Origin: Spirochaetia bacterium
GTDB lineage: Bacteria > Spirochaetota > Spirochaetia > DSM-2461
Direction of reading: 5' to 3'
Assembly: GCA_963666985.2 (NCBI GenBank)
Contig: CAXXIA010000002.1
Location: forward strand, 1,856,001 to 1,920,000
Length of the DNA stretch: 64,000 nt
Of the stretch, positions 10,697-21,139 are shown piece after piece; position 1 is the first letter of the stretch, and the number at the start of each line of letters is the position of its first letter. Made by a program: the position numbers and the translations under genes. Under the pieces are notes generated by a model. That model was not told the origin of the DNA. It made no database searches and saw only the letters and a list, made by a program, of their open reading frames with translations.

Positions 10697-11260
10697 TTAT
10701 TTTTTGGCAAACGCCGATAATCCATTACGTACAACTCTGATCATATTAACATTTTCTTCAAAACGATCAAGAATTTCAGCATAAATTTCGATACATTGCT
10801 GATCTGGACGTGTTACAGTTTTCTGAAGAAGGTGATAGACGTCTTTTTCATGAAGCCCTTTTTCTGCTAATTTAATCTGTAACTCTCGTTTTGTCTCATT
10901 AAGTTGAATATGACCTAGTGCTGTTTCCTTTAGTATAGAAAGCATTCGATCAAATTCATTCTGTAGACCTTTCTTTTGCTTTTCAAATTGTCTTTTTTCT
11001 GTCATTAACCGAACTACAATTGCTACACCAACACCCGCTACTACACCGACAAGCAATGTCACAATTCCGAGAGTGAGGGTTAGTACATTTAAAGAAAAAG
11101 AAAAGAAATTATTTGAATCATCAGGAGATAGTAATCTCTCACCTGGACTAGTCATTGAGGATTGAGAGGAATGGTCAGCACCAATCTCAGCATGCATATC
11201 TTGAGTTTGAGCAGAAAGACAAGCACTAAATAATAATATAAAAATGGCTAATCTTTTCAT
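10697..11260 (-). CDS. Membrane protein with signal peptide and coiled coil
   Basis: Hydrophobic N-terminus and TM segment; coupled to response regulator. Confidence 0.72.
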   Translation of the reverse strand: MKRLAIFILLFSACLSAQTQDMHAEIGADHSSQSSMTSPGERLLSPDDSNNFFSFSLNVLTLTLGIVTLLVGVVAGVGVAIVVRLMTEKRQFEKQKKGLQNEFDRMLSILKETALGHIQLNETKRELQIKLAEKGLHEKDVYHLLQKTVTRPDQQCIEIYAEILDRFEENVNMIRVVRNGLSAFAKK

Positions 11261-11628
11261 ATAGCTATTGATCTTCTCAGTGTTTCAAGGTCAATTGGTT
11301 TTTCAACAATATTCAACTTAGTATCTTTTGGAAAAGCTTGAAGAAGCTCACTTCGTGATCTTGCTGATATTACGAGTATGGGTACTTTTTTATTTTTGGC
11401 CCGAATTCGTTGATATAACGCAATGCCTGTTTCTTTTGCTTCTTCAGGATCCATAGAATCCGCGAGTTCCATCATTATGTCTAAAATTATTATATCCTTT
11501 TTCACAACTTCATTTAAATCAGTAATTACTCCTTCAGCATCTGTATATATACTAACTGAATGATGTTTCTTTAGCAGTCTATAGTTTTCAACAGCATCCG
11601 GGTCATCTTCGATAATGACTATTTTCAT
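11257..11628 (-). CDS. Single-domain response regulator (REC)
   Basis: IIEDD, ILDIMM, ISA, EKP motifs. Confidence 0.9.
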   Translation of the reverse strand: MKIVIIEDDPDAVENYRLLKKHHSVSIYTDAEGVITDLNEVVKKDIIILDIMMELADSMDPEEAKETGIALYQRIRAKNKKVPILVISARSRSELLQAFPKDTKLNIVEKPIDLETLRRSIAI

Positions 11629-13750
11629 ATCTATCCTCCTGATCATATCTCACTGGTAAAGAAAACGAAAACACTATAATTGAACCATTCTGTTCAACGG
11701 AAACTTTACCACCATGAAGTTCAACAATTCTTTTAACAAGAAATAAACCAATTCCAGTCCCCTCCATTTTACGAAGCATCGGTGCTTTGCCCCTAACATA
11801 TTTCTCGAATATTATAGACTTTTCTTCCTCTGTAATATGATATTTTGAAGTTTTATTTAAAACTCGAACCCACAAATAGCTATCAATAACTTCACCATAA
11901 ATTTCAATATAAGAGTCTTTATCAGAATATTTAATTGCGTTTTCAATTAACGCATGAAAAGCCATAGATATCGCAATAGAATCACTATATGCGCTGTTTA
12001 AAAGAGAGTTCTTATTCTCGTGTATAATTCTTCTTCGTCTTCTTGCATAAGGCTTTGCAAAGGCTAATACCGGTGCTATGGATTCCAAATAAATGTTTCT
12101 ATATTTTTTCTCTTTTACTACTTCTTCTGGATTTAACGTAAGAGATTTCACTATCCATTCTAGGCGGGCTGCTGTTGATCGAAAATCTCTAAAATAATTA
12201 GAAAATTCTTTTGGTAAGGTATCTTCTTCAATCATACCGTGGGTATGCATTAATTCTATTATTCTATCAGGAGCAAATAGGAAAGAACTGATTGGAGTTC
12301 GTACCTCGTGGCGAAATGTCCGCATATAATCAGTAGCTTGCTCAAGTTCCACTTTTCTTTTTTCTGCAAGCTCTTGTCTTTGTTTATAAGTTTGCTTCTG
12401 ATCAATAAGATTCGCTGTTTGCTCAGCAACACCTATAAGATTATGTATATCAATACTACAGAACTGCGAAGGCTGGTTCCCATCTGTTTCAACCTTATTT
12501 TTACATCTAATAACTCCAAGAAATTCGCCTGTGTGATTTCGAATCGGTACTGCCAACCAGTTCCTTGGTTTTGTAATTGTTGGATCATTAACAATGCGCG
12601 AATTTCTTGGATCATTTTCAATGTCATAAGAGCATTCAAATCTCAATTTGGGTTGATTTATAAAATTGGTTGTAAGAGCCTTAGAATCGATTTGATAGTA
12701 CTCATTATGTTCTGATGTATTAACATTCATGCCTAGTGTACCCAATGAAATTCTTGTTATTCGACGTAGCTGTTTTTCATAAATGAACATTGCACAAGAT
12801 TCCCAGCCAAGAAATTTGCATACAGATTGCGTTATTTTGTTACCGGAGATCTTAATGCTCCATTCTAACTCAATCGCACTTATCTCTCTCTTAACGCTAT
12901 TTAAATCTATAAAACGATCAAAAAACCGTCCAGCTAGATCTCTCTCCAGAATCGAACGCAATAGATTTACCGTCTCAGTTTGGATAATTAAACCGGTATG
13001 CTTGGAGTAGAAAAGAATCAACAGTTTAAGACTCTCTTCTCTTTTATTGTCTGGAGCGCTTACCCAAACTACATTTGCAAATCTCAGATTTGCATTCATA
13101 ATATCAGGTGTTATGCCTGCTTCTATTCTATAATTGCTATGTAGTTCCATACGTTCTACAGCGTTTTGGAAAATTGGAGATAGATCAAGATCGGCATACT
13201 CCTGTAAACATTTTATACTGCCACATAATCGAGTAAAAGCCTGAGTCATGCTGTTATAAATCCAAGCTGAGTACTCGTCGCAAAACATATATTTTGTAAA
13301 TGACATAAGTATTTTATTGGATGATCGACCGTTATCTACGGTAGAAAGTTCATGCAACAAAATATCTTTAGTTTTTGATTTAAATTGATCTACAAGCCTC
13401 ATTGCTTTCTTGTAAAGACTGTTTTGATATATTGCTGAATATAAAAATAGAACTGAAAAATTAGGTTTTATTATAACTATAGTATTCCCAAAGACAAAGG
13501 CTAAGAATAAGCCAATGCCTTTATCGATAAAATTTCTTCTCCGTGCATTTCTGGCAGTCATTAATCTGAACCGATTAATTCCTTTCGTATATAGTCGAAC
13601 AACTTCATAGGAAGAGTTTTTTCTTATTCGAAACCAATATCTATCCTCGTATTTATGGAATACACAAACCATTTTAGATGACCAGTTGGTATCGTAAGTT
13701 GTGTGTGTTTCCAAATTGAATTCCTTTGCTTGGACAGAATAAAAAATCAT
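11603..13750 (-). CDS. GAF-containing sensor histidine kinase
   Basis: RHEVRTP H-box, ENAIKYS N-box, GTGIGLF G-box; LAVPIR GAF-like motif. Confidence 0.9.
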   Translation of the reverse strand: MIFYSVQAKEFNLETHTTYDTNWSSKMVCVFHKYEDRYWFRIRKNSSYEVVRLYTKGINRFRLMTARNARRRNFIDKGIGLFLAFVFGNTIVIIKPNFSVLFLYSAIYQNSLYKKAMRLVDQFKSKTKDILLHELSTVDNGRSSNKILMSFTKYMFCDEYSAWIYNSMTQAFTRLCGSIKCLQEYADLDLSPIFQNAVERMELHSNYRIEAGITPDIMNANLRFANVVWVSAPDNKREESLKLLILFYSKHTGLIIQTETVNLLRSILERDLAGRFFDRFIDLNSVKREISAIELEWSIKISGNKITQSVCKFLGWESCAMFIYEKQLRRITRISLGTLGMNVNTSEHNEYYQIDSKALTTNFINQPKLRFECSYDIENDPRNSRIVNDPTITKPRNWLAVPIRNHTGEFLGVIRCKNKVETDGNQPSQFCSIDIHNLIGVAEQTANLIDQKQTYKQRQELAEKRKVELEQATDYMRTFRHEVRTPISSFLFAPDRIIELMHTHGMIEEDTLPKEFSNYFRDFRSTAARLEWIVKSLTLNPEEVVKEKKYRNIYLESIAPVLAFAKPYARRRRRIIHENKNSLLNSAYSDSIAISMAFHALIENAIKYSDKDSYIEIYGEVIDSYLWVRVLNKTSKYHITEEEKSIIFEKYVRGKAPMLRKMEGTGIGLFLVKRIVELHGGKVSVEQNGSIIVFSFSLPVRYDQEDRYENSHYRR

Positions 13751-14031
13751 ATATCAAAAAATTTGATTTAGCAATAAAAAAATAAGCAACTATAAATTAA
13801 ACGAATAAAATTAATTGTATAAAGAAATTAGGCATAAAGGGAATTAGCTGCTTAATCTAAGGAGGGTCTAATTACAGACTTCTTGGGGCGAATGTTAAAT
13901 GACAATTATGATATTCCGTCGCTTACGGCAGGGCAGTTCATTTTAATGAATTGTAACAAGAGTAATGGTGAGTCTTTCCTAAGTATAATTAATGTAGTTT
14001 TTTTGGGAAAGCGGCTAAATACACAGTTTAG

Positions 14032-14161
14032 CAGGCTGTTGAAGAAGAAAGATTTGGTTCGGAGGCAAGGCCGCCGGAGCGCAGAAAGCGCAGTGTAGTA
14101 GAGCTACATGAGCATTTCGAGCACCGCATACGGCCTATAAGATTCTTTTTTCAACAGCCTG
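14032..14161. mobile_element. 130 bp MITE
   Basis: Terminal IRs CAGGCTGTTGAA / TTCAACAGCCTG flanked by TTAG direct repeats. Confidence 0.75.
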
Positions 14162-14433
14162 TTAGAAATCAAAATAGTTTATAAGCGAGTTAAAATTGTC
14201 TATAATTGATCCAGAATAGTCAAAAAAATTAGAGTAATATTGATGTTGTTTTATGTCTGAAATTGTAGTGTCAATAGTTAATTTGGATATAGTCAATTTA
14301 AAATATAATACTCAGATAATATGAGTAATTTCTTATAGAGGTATTTATATTCTTGATTATGTCATTACTATATGAATTTGTTAATGACAGGTAAGATATA
14401 CTTCTTTGATGGAAGGCTACTAGCACAAGTGAC

Positions 14434-14646
14434 AGATAACAGCTGTTGATGCGCTCCGGCGCCAACTCTCGTTGTCGCCTCCGGGGCTCCGCCCAAATTT
14501 CGTTTTGTCATGACTCTTGCAGATGCGTTTCCGAAAGTGATGTGATACCATCATCAGAGAACAAGGCATTGCTGTAAAATGGCAAGAGCACATGCCAACC
14601 GGCTACGCCGGACACGAAACGTTCGCATAACAGCGGGCCGTTAAAG
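14434..14646 (+). repeat. attC-like site 6
   Basis: AGATAAC...GTTAAAG. Confidence 0.9.
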
Positions 14647-15484
14647 GAAATTCGGACGACGGAATAAAATGGGTCTCTTTTTTGAAGTGTTTTTCTATGG
14701 CAGGCCTTTCCCCTTCATTTGAACAAGTAACAGAAACAGAATTTCTTTGAGTGTTCAGATCTTTTTAACAAGCCTTCCTTTTCTTTGAACGAAACAGGCC
14801 GTTTTGAAGCGGCTTTCTCCTCACCCCCCTCGCCTTTGAGATCATCTTCAAGAAAAAAACCAAAAGCATCGGAATAAAACTCGCTTCGGGATCAGAAGCA
14901 CTTAGTGATAAGGCGGTCGGTTCGGGAGAACTTGTGTCGTGAAGGTTTATGGTTTTTAACGATTATGGGAATCGCTCATGAGAAAATCCTTATCCGTTGA
15001 TGGCTATCGCTTCGGGAAATGAGGCGCTTCCGGTTTGATCGGTTCGCGAGAAAAGGGGTGGTAGCCTGAGAAGAATGAAGGGATGGAGATGAGAAGAATG
15101 GAGATTGTTTTCTCCGTGGTTTTGCCTTTGAGAATAAGGCTGAATGCTTTAAGAGAATACCGGTGTAGAAGGAGAAGACGAACATTCGGATTTACAGAAT
15201 CCGTCCTGAGAGAAAGAGGTCGGGAAAGGCGAATTGCATCGGATGAAGGCCTGAGTAAAGTGATGAGGCGATGAAAGGGAGAATAGGGGTCAGTACGAGA
15301 GAATGGATAGATATTCCGTTAAATGAGTAAAAAGCGGAAGAGGGAAGTCTGTAAAAGGATGAATGAAGAAAAGATGAGAAGGAGAAGGGCAAGAAGAATC
15401 GAAACAAAGGGTCCGGCAAAATGGCGAGGAGGGGTGAGGAGAAGGAGAGGTCTTTATAGATGCGTCGTCCGAACTTCCTTTAAC
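14640..15484. other. ORF-less cassette family N1, copy a (candidate structured ncRNA/ssDNA)
   Basis: No credible ORF; near-identical to 48190-49034 and homologous to 21948-25281. Confidence 0.75.
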
Positions 15485-15682
15485 AGCTGTTGATGCGCTC
15501 CGGCGGTAACGATGTTACCGCCTTCGGGGCTTCGCCCAAATTTGCCTCTGTCATAGATTTTGCTTAAGTCTGTCGCTATGGTAAGATGAGTTGTAGTTAG
15601 CGGTTGATGCTGTGAAGATTCGCAAAATCTCCGCCAGTCGCTACGCGAACGGCAAACTTCGCATACCAGCGGGCCGTTTGGT
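15478..15682 (+). repeat. attC-like site 7
   Basis: CTTTAAC...GTTTGGT. Confidence 0.9.
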
Positions 15683-15757
15683 GCAATATTAGAAAATGTC
15701 ATAAATTATATCTTTCGGGGATATTGGTACAAGTTTCATTATGTCGGCAAAGTCGTA

Positions 15758-15786
15758 TTGAATTATAGTTATACTTAAGTTATACT
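15758..15786 (+). promoter_or_regulatory. Sigma70-like promoter/operator of RHH-mazF
   Basis: TTGAAT-17 bp-TATACT with tandem AGTTATACT repeats, 7 bp before ATG. Confidence 0.65.
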
Positions 15787-15793
15787 TGGCGGT

Positions 15794-16036
15794 ATGAAAA
15801 CGGCAATCTCAATTCCAGATCAATTGTTCAATGACGCTGAGATAACAGCAAAACAATTAGGACTGGCAAGAAGTCAGTTATATGTTAAGGCAATAAAAGA
15901 ATATATAGACAATCATAATAAAGACAAAATACGAGAGAAACTTAACTCAATTTATTCCACAAACACTAACATCACCGAAATTGATAATATCGGAGTTGAT
16001 TCACTTCGCCAGGCAACATTAAATGATACGTGGTGA
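15794..16036 (+). CDS. RHH/CopG-type antitoxin
   Basis: MKTAISIPDQLF...RSQLYVKAIKEY. Confidence 0.88.
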   Translation: MKTAISIPDQLFNDAEITAKQLGLARSQLYVKAIKEYIDNHNKDKIREKLNSIYSTNTNITEIDNIGVDSLRQATLNDTW

Positions 16037-16364
16037 AATTTGGTGGGCTGATTTAGGGCTTCCATTCGGAAGTGAGCCTGGATTTAAGCGGCCAGTCGTT
16101 ATAATACAAGACGATTCGTTCAACAAAAGTAAAATTCAAACGGTAATTGTCGCGTCAATAACAACAAATTTAAATTTAGCCGATGCCCCTGGAAATGTTT
16201 ACATAGAATCAGAAGAATCTGGATTATCCAAAGTTGGAGTAATAAACATTTCACAGATATCAACTATAGATAAAAGGCGATTAATAGAAAGGGTAAAGAT
16301 ACTACCGTCTAGTATCATGGAAGAGCTAGATTTTGGAATAAAAATTATTTTGAATATCAGATAG
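16023..16364 (+). CDS. mazF: PemK/MazF toxin
   Basis: RGEIWWADL...GSEPGFKRPVVIIQ...SQISTIDK. Confidence 0.92.
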   Translation: MIRGEIWWADLGLPFGSEPGFKRPVVIIQDDSFNKSKIQTVIVASITTNLNLADAPGNVYIESEESGLSKVGVINISQISTIDKRRLIERVKILPSSIMEELDFGIKIILNIR

Positions 16365-16379
16365 ATTTTCTGATACTGC

Positions 16380-16594
16380 ACCAAACAGCTGTTGATGCGC
16401 TCCGAATACATTTGCAAGCAAATGTATTCTCCGGGGCTCCGCCCAAATTTCGCTTTGTCCATGTTTCTTGCAGATGCGTTCCTGGAAGTGGTGTGATAAG
16501 GTGAACAGCGAACAGGCTTTCTGGCGAAGTGCAAGAACGCATGCCAACCGGCTTCGCCGGACGCGAAACTTCGCATACCAGCGGGCCGTTAAAT
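16380..16594 (+). repeat. attC-like site 8
   Basis: ACCAAAC...GTTAAAT. Confidence 0.9.
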
Positions 16595-16633
16595 GAACTA
16601 TGAGAATTCTTTATAGCTTGAAGGAGTCGATTT

Positions 16634-19021
16634 ATGGAAAAAATAATAGTTAAAATCGATGCCTGTGGATCAAAAGAGCATGTATCTAAATCAAAAGAAG
16701 AAAACCAAGCAAGAGAAAAACTCCTCCAACAGATTACAAACATTGCGAAAGAAAACTATCCAAAAACTGAAAAAATATACCCAGATGGCACAATATATTC
16801 CGCTCAAGGTGATTGTCTCAATTTAATCCTTGATCGCCCAAACGTTGCACTACGCTCTACGGTCAATTTCATGAAAGCTTGGTACGCTCACCTTGGAACA
16901 TATCCTGATTGCAGAGCTATTATCACAAAAGCTGACGTCGTTGAAAATAATTCCATTGGGAAGATGGAACTCCTATCGCGGGGATTCGAAGAAATATCAA
17001 AGATCGAAAAGCACGCAGATGCTGGAGAAATTCTTATTACAGATCCAATAAGACACGTGGCAGAAAAAGGCACCTTTACTTATACTGGACCTATACCACA
17101 CAGAATCTCTTCCTCTCATACGATAAACTCCTACAAAGTAAATTATCTAAATCCTAGAACGGCTAGTGATAGCAGTTTAGTTCATGCTTTGTTTATTGCA
17201 AATCCGGTATCGGATGCAGTAAGAGTGCGTACATATGAAGTCGTTACGATTGAATTCTTGCTAAATAACACCGGAAAACAATCGGTCGACATCCTAATTG
17301 AGTATTTAAAAAGCAAAGACTTCCCTCAAATTGATAAAAAGACATTGCTAGAAATACTTGGAAGTTCAGAGTATATCCAATCAGTTAACACTGAAATTTC
17401 ACTTAGATCAGGAATTGAGGACAAGCTTCGCGGTTTTCGTGACGTCTACAATACTGAAAGGAAAGAAACTACAGAGTCAATTGCAGAGGAATTAGGTAAA
17501 GCACTAGGCTTAGATTCAGAATATATCCAAGAGAATATTAGCCTCGATAAGTTAATCGAAGAATATATAAGTGCAGTTTTTTTGGAAATCAGAATGATGG
17601 CTAATTTCTATAGGTTAGAAGAGAAGTTTTTTGAACAGCTTGCTATCAATAAATCATATGATCATATTTTTCACCGTCATTTTCAGAAACTCAACCTAAA
17701 GGACGAGGAGATTGACGAATTTAAGAGAATTTTCCTAACAGTTTTAAATAGACACAGTATAGAAGAAAACAAATATTTCGCAGCGATTTTTCATAATGTA
17801 TTGCTAGTCTATTATATGAATAGAAATGATAAGTACATTGTTGAACAAATTGATAATCTTCGAAACAAATATATATTACTGGATACCAATGTACTATACG
17901 CACTTCAATGTAAGGCGAGTGAATATAATTCGTTTATTTCTCATGCAGTTAGTAAACTAAAATCTATCGGCGTAACAATAAATGTTTTTGACCGAAGCGT
18001 TTATGAATACAATGAATCACTTCTAAGTGCGGACCATCAGTATAAAAAGCATGGTGAGATAGCTTTTCGTTTCGACGGATACAATCCCTGGATCTGGAAT
18101 GAATTTAAAACAAATAGGGATGCCTATATGAATGATTTTAGCTATTGCATACAGTTGCACACAATACCTAAGAATCTTGGAAAGACAATTCTTATAGACA
18201 CTGATAATCCTCCAGACGAACTTAATGAAATTAATTTGAATGTTGTTAAGTTAGAACCGTTTTATGAAAAGGAAGATTTAGGAGATTATTACAGTAAGAC
18301 AGCAGAGGCGAAGCGAAAGTGGTTCGATTCAGAGCATACAGTATATTGGCTTGAAAATAGCCAGGAATACGAAGAAAAAGTATTGCACGATGCTAACTGC
18401 ATTAAACATTTGGAATGTGTTGGCGATACACCGTACGAAACGTCGAATATTTTCATTACCTGTGATTTCAGATTTGCAAAGATTCGTAAAATGTTTGATC
18501 CGCATATTAATTACATAACAACAATTAAAGAGTTTCAAGAATTTATGATGCCATATTTACTCCTTGATGTTACTGAAACTGATACGAAAATTGCTACGCC
18601 CAACTTGTTATTAGCATCGGCTATCGGGTCTGAGCTTGCACATACAAAGGAACTTGAAACAGTTGTAGGGGGCTTTCTTAGACACGAACATAAGTCTGCA
18701 TCAGAATTCGAAATATTGAGACGTGTAAAAAGTAAGAAAAGATTTGAAAACATAGAAGAAAAATGTTCATTTGAAAAGCTAAATACAGAGAATAGTAATG
18801 ATTTCATAAATGACGCTTCTGCTTTTGCAGATGATTATCAGTCAACATTAAGAGAAAATCTCTCAAGATCATTTGCACAGAAATCGATCGAAAGAATTAT
18901 GAAAGAAAATGCAGAGCTTAAAGCTCAACTTAAAGAAAAAAATCGTGTGGTTGATGTAGTAGAAAAAAAACAACGGGGCCGGGAAAAATACCAAAGAGCA
19001 CAAAAACGTCGAGTGCCATAG
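16634..19021 (+). CDS. Class III nucleotide-cyclase-like N-terminus fused to PIN-like C-terminal domain
   Basis: VKIDACGS...QGDCL...GEILIT; LLDTNVL...EY...HDA...FITCD. Confidence 0.7.
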   Translation: MEKIIVKIDACGSKEHVSKSKEENQAREKLLQQITNIAKENYPKTEKIYPDGTIYSAQGDCLNLILDRPNVALRSTVNFMKAWYAHLGTYPDCRAIITKADVVENNSIGKMELLSRGFEEISKIEKHADAGEILITDPIRHVAEKGTFTYTGPIPHRISSSHTINSYKVNYLNPRTASDSSLVHALFIANPVSDAVRVRTYEVVTIEFLLNNTGKQSVDILIEYLKSKDFPQIDKKTLLEILGSSEYIQSVNTEISLRSGIEDKLRGFRDVYNTERKETTESIAEELGKALGLDSEYIQENISLDKLIEEYISAVFLEIRMMANFYRLEEKFFEQLAINKSYDHIFHRHFQKLNLKDEEIDEFKRIFLTVLNRHSIEENKYFAAIFHNVLLVYYMNRNDKYIVEQIDNLRNKYILLDTNVLYALQCKASEYNSFISHAVSKLKSIGVTINVFDRSVYEYNESLLSADHQYKKHGEIAFRFDGYNPWIWNEFKTNRDAYMNDFSYCIQLHTIPKNLGKTILIDTDNPPDELNEINLNVVKLEPFYEKEDLGDYYSKTAEAKRKWFDSEHTVYWLENSQEYEEKVLHDANCIKHLECVGDTPYETSNIFITCDFRFAKIRKMFDPHINYITTIKEFQEFMMPYLLLDVTETDTKIATPNLLLASAIGSELAHTKELETVVGGFLRHEHKSASEFEILRRVKSKKRFENIEEKCSFEKLNTENSNDFINDASAFADDYQSTLRENLSRSFAQKSIERIMKENAELKAQLKEKNRVVDVVEKKQRGREKYQRAQKRRVP

Positions 19022-19024
19022 TTC

Positions 19025-19295
19025 ATTTAACAGCTGTTGATGCGCGGCGGCCGCTAATGGGATTAGCGGCCTTGGGCCGAGCGATGGAAAACAATGAGTT
19101 TTATGATTTATGTAAAAGGGAGAAATGAAATTGGTTCGGCTCGGCCAAATTTCGCTTTGGCGATGGCTCTTGCAGATGCGTTCTTGAAAGTTGTGTGATA
19201 CTCTGAAGAGCGAACGAGCTTTCTGCTAAGAGCAAGAGCACATGCCAACCGGCTTCGCCGGCCGCGAAACTTCGCATACCAGCGGAACGTTATTC
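19025..19295 (+). repeat. attC-like site 9 (long form)
   Basis: ATTTAAC...GTTATTC. Confidence 0.9.
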
Positions 19296-19359
19296 GAAAT
19301 GCCTTTTTAAATAAATTTATCCCTCGGCATCCGTGCCTCGGGTATTGGAGACAGTAATA

Positions 19360-20262
19360 ATGAAGATTCCAACATATAAGAAATTTGTTGCTCCAGTTCT
19401 TAAATATTTAGCAAGTGATGGAAAGGCTCATAAAGCTGCAGATGTCTACGAAGGCGTTGCAAATTTAGTGGGTTTAACTGAAGAAGATAAATCTGAACTT
19501 TTACCAAGTGGGGTTCAAGCTGTTTATAAAAATCGTATTGGATGGGCGCAAGATGCAACAAAAAGAAATGAACTAACTTGGAGCCCTTCTCGCGGTGTTT
19601 GGCAAATAACCGAAGCGGGTAATGATTTATTAAGAAAATATAACGGTGAAATTCCTGCTGACATCGAATATACAATTGCTTCAACTAAACGGAATATACG
19701 TTTGTCTGAAATCCAGGAAAATGAAGTTAATTTTGAGAATGAAGAGGAATCTGAGTCAAGTCCAGAAGAAAAAATATACAAAGGGTTGCGTGAAATCAAT
19801 GAAAGTGTCGTTGTCGAACTATTAGAAAGAATATCAGAAATTACCCCACAAGAATTTGAGAAATTAGTTTTAGACGTCCTGCATGCTATGGGTTATGGAA
19901 CTGATAGATCTGACTTACAGAATGTAGGAAAAAGTCATGATGAAGGAATTGATGGGATAATTTCTTTAGATAAACTTGGTCTTGAAAAAGTTTATGTTCA
20001 AGCTAAAAGATGGAAGAATCAAGTTGGAAGCCCTGAAGTTCAAACATTTATGGGAGCACTTCAGCTTAAGGGCGCGAATAAAGGTGTTCTAATATCTTCT
20101 GGACCCATAACAACACCAGCATACGATTTAGCAAAACAAGCACATGGAAATCTTGTTTTAATTAATGGAACCAGACTTGCAGGTCTAATGATTGAATATG
20201 GTATTGGTGTACAACATCGTGTAATTAAAATTGCTAAAGTCGATCAGGATTATTTTGATTAA
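19360..20262 (+). CDS. mrr: Mrr type IV restriction endonuclease
   Basis: Mrr_N LLPSG...NRIGWA; DEGIDG...VQAKRW. Confidence 0.93.
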   Translation: MKIPTYKKFVAPVLKYLASDGKAHKAADVYEGVANLVGLTEEDKSELLPSGVQAVYKNRIGWAQDATKRNELTWSPSRGVWQITEAGNDLLRKYNGEIPADIEYTIASTKRNIRLSEIQENEVNFENEEESESSPEEKIYKGLREINESVVVELLERISEITPQEFEKLVLDVLHAMGYGTDRSDLQNVGKSHDEGIDGIISLDKLGLEKVYVQAKRWKNQVGSPEVQTFMGALQLKGANKGVLISSGPITTPAYDLAKQAHGNLVLINGTRLAGLMIEYGIGVQHRVIKIAKVDQDYFD

Positions 20263-20334
20263 AAAGATGTTGATTGGTTTCCAAAGTACATCCATGTACT
20301 TTGGAAAAAGGCTTTGAAGTAGTCAAGGCACTTC

Positions 20335-20539
20335 GAATAACAGATGTTGATGCGCTCCGGCTGAAAATGGGATTTTCAGCCTTCGGGCTCTGCCACAGTT
20401 TGCTTTGTCATATCATTTGCGATTTTGAATAAGAAACATGTGTGGTATAATTGGAGTAGTTGAGGGTGCAAAGTTATACGGCAAATGATACGCCAAGCCT
20501 GCGGCGCGCAAACCGTCGCATAACATCGGGCCGTTATCG
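20335..20539 (+). repeat. attC-like site 10 (divergent, compensatory change)
   Basis: GAATAAC-AGATGTTGATGCG...CGCATAACATC-GGGCC-GTTATCG. Confidence 0.85.
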
Positions 20540-20588
20540 GCTAGAATATTTAAATATAAGAAATTGATAATATTAGAAGGAGAGCTAA

Positions 20589-21089
20589 ATGAAAATCAGG
20601 ACGATTATAGCTTTATTATTATGTTTTCCAATATTTAGTTTGTTTTCTGAAGACATGCCTGTTCTCTATTATAAATTTGGAACAGAAAGAAATCAAATTA
20701 TTTTTGAATTGGGTGAACCTGAATATTTCTTACCGGGTGGTCATCTTCAATATACCTTTTATTCCGGTGCCTCATCTTATGAAAAGATAATATTTCTTAT
20801 TGATGAAAATAACAAATTATTTGCAACCACAATAGACATAGGACTTGATTATTCAACTCCGATTCCCATAGAAGAATTACAAAATAGAGTATTTAAATAC
20901 TATAAAGATTATTTTGAAGGTATATTTGGAGTGCCATATATATCGAATGAAATGGGTCTCTTGTGGAAATTTGATGATGCATTTTGCTTTTTTCAACCAT
21001 ACGTTAAAGATACTTTTTTACGTTTTAAATATATATCAATGCCGAAAGAATATGCTGAAGAGGTAGGATATGGAGAGATTTATCAATAA
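20589..21089 (+). CDS. Exported hypothetical protein
   Basis: Signal-peptide-like N-terminus, AAGGAG RBS. Confidence 0.72.
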   Translation: MKIRTIIALLLCFPIFSLFSEDMPVLYYKFGTERNQIIFELGEPEYFLPGGHLQYTFYSGASSYEKIIFLIDENNKLFATTIDIGLDYSTPIPIEELQNRVFKYYKDYFEGIFGVPYISNEMGLLWKFDDAFCFFQPYVKDTFLRFKYISMPKEYAEEVGYGEIYQ

Positions 21090-21139
21090 AGTATATTTTT
21101 GCAACAATATAAATAAAACAACAGAGGAAATAGTCGATA

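Noticed and set aside
14976..15419. Small ORFs in N1 as real peptides
   Set aside because: Frames differ between copies a and c and are interrupted by stops in copy b; low-complexity composition
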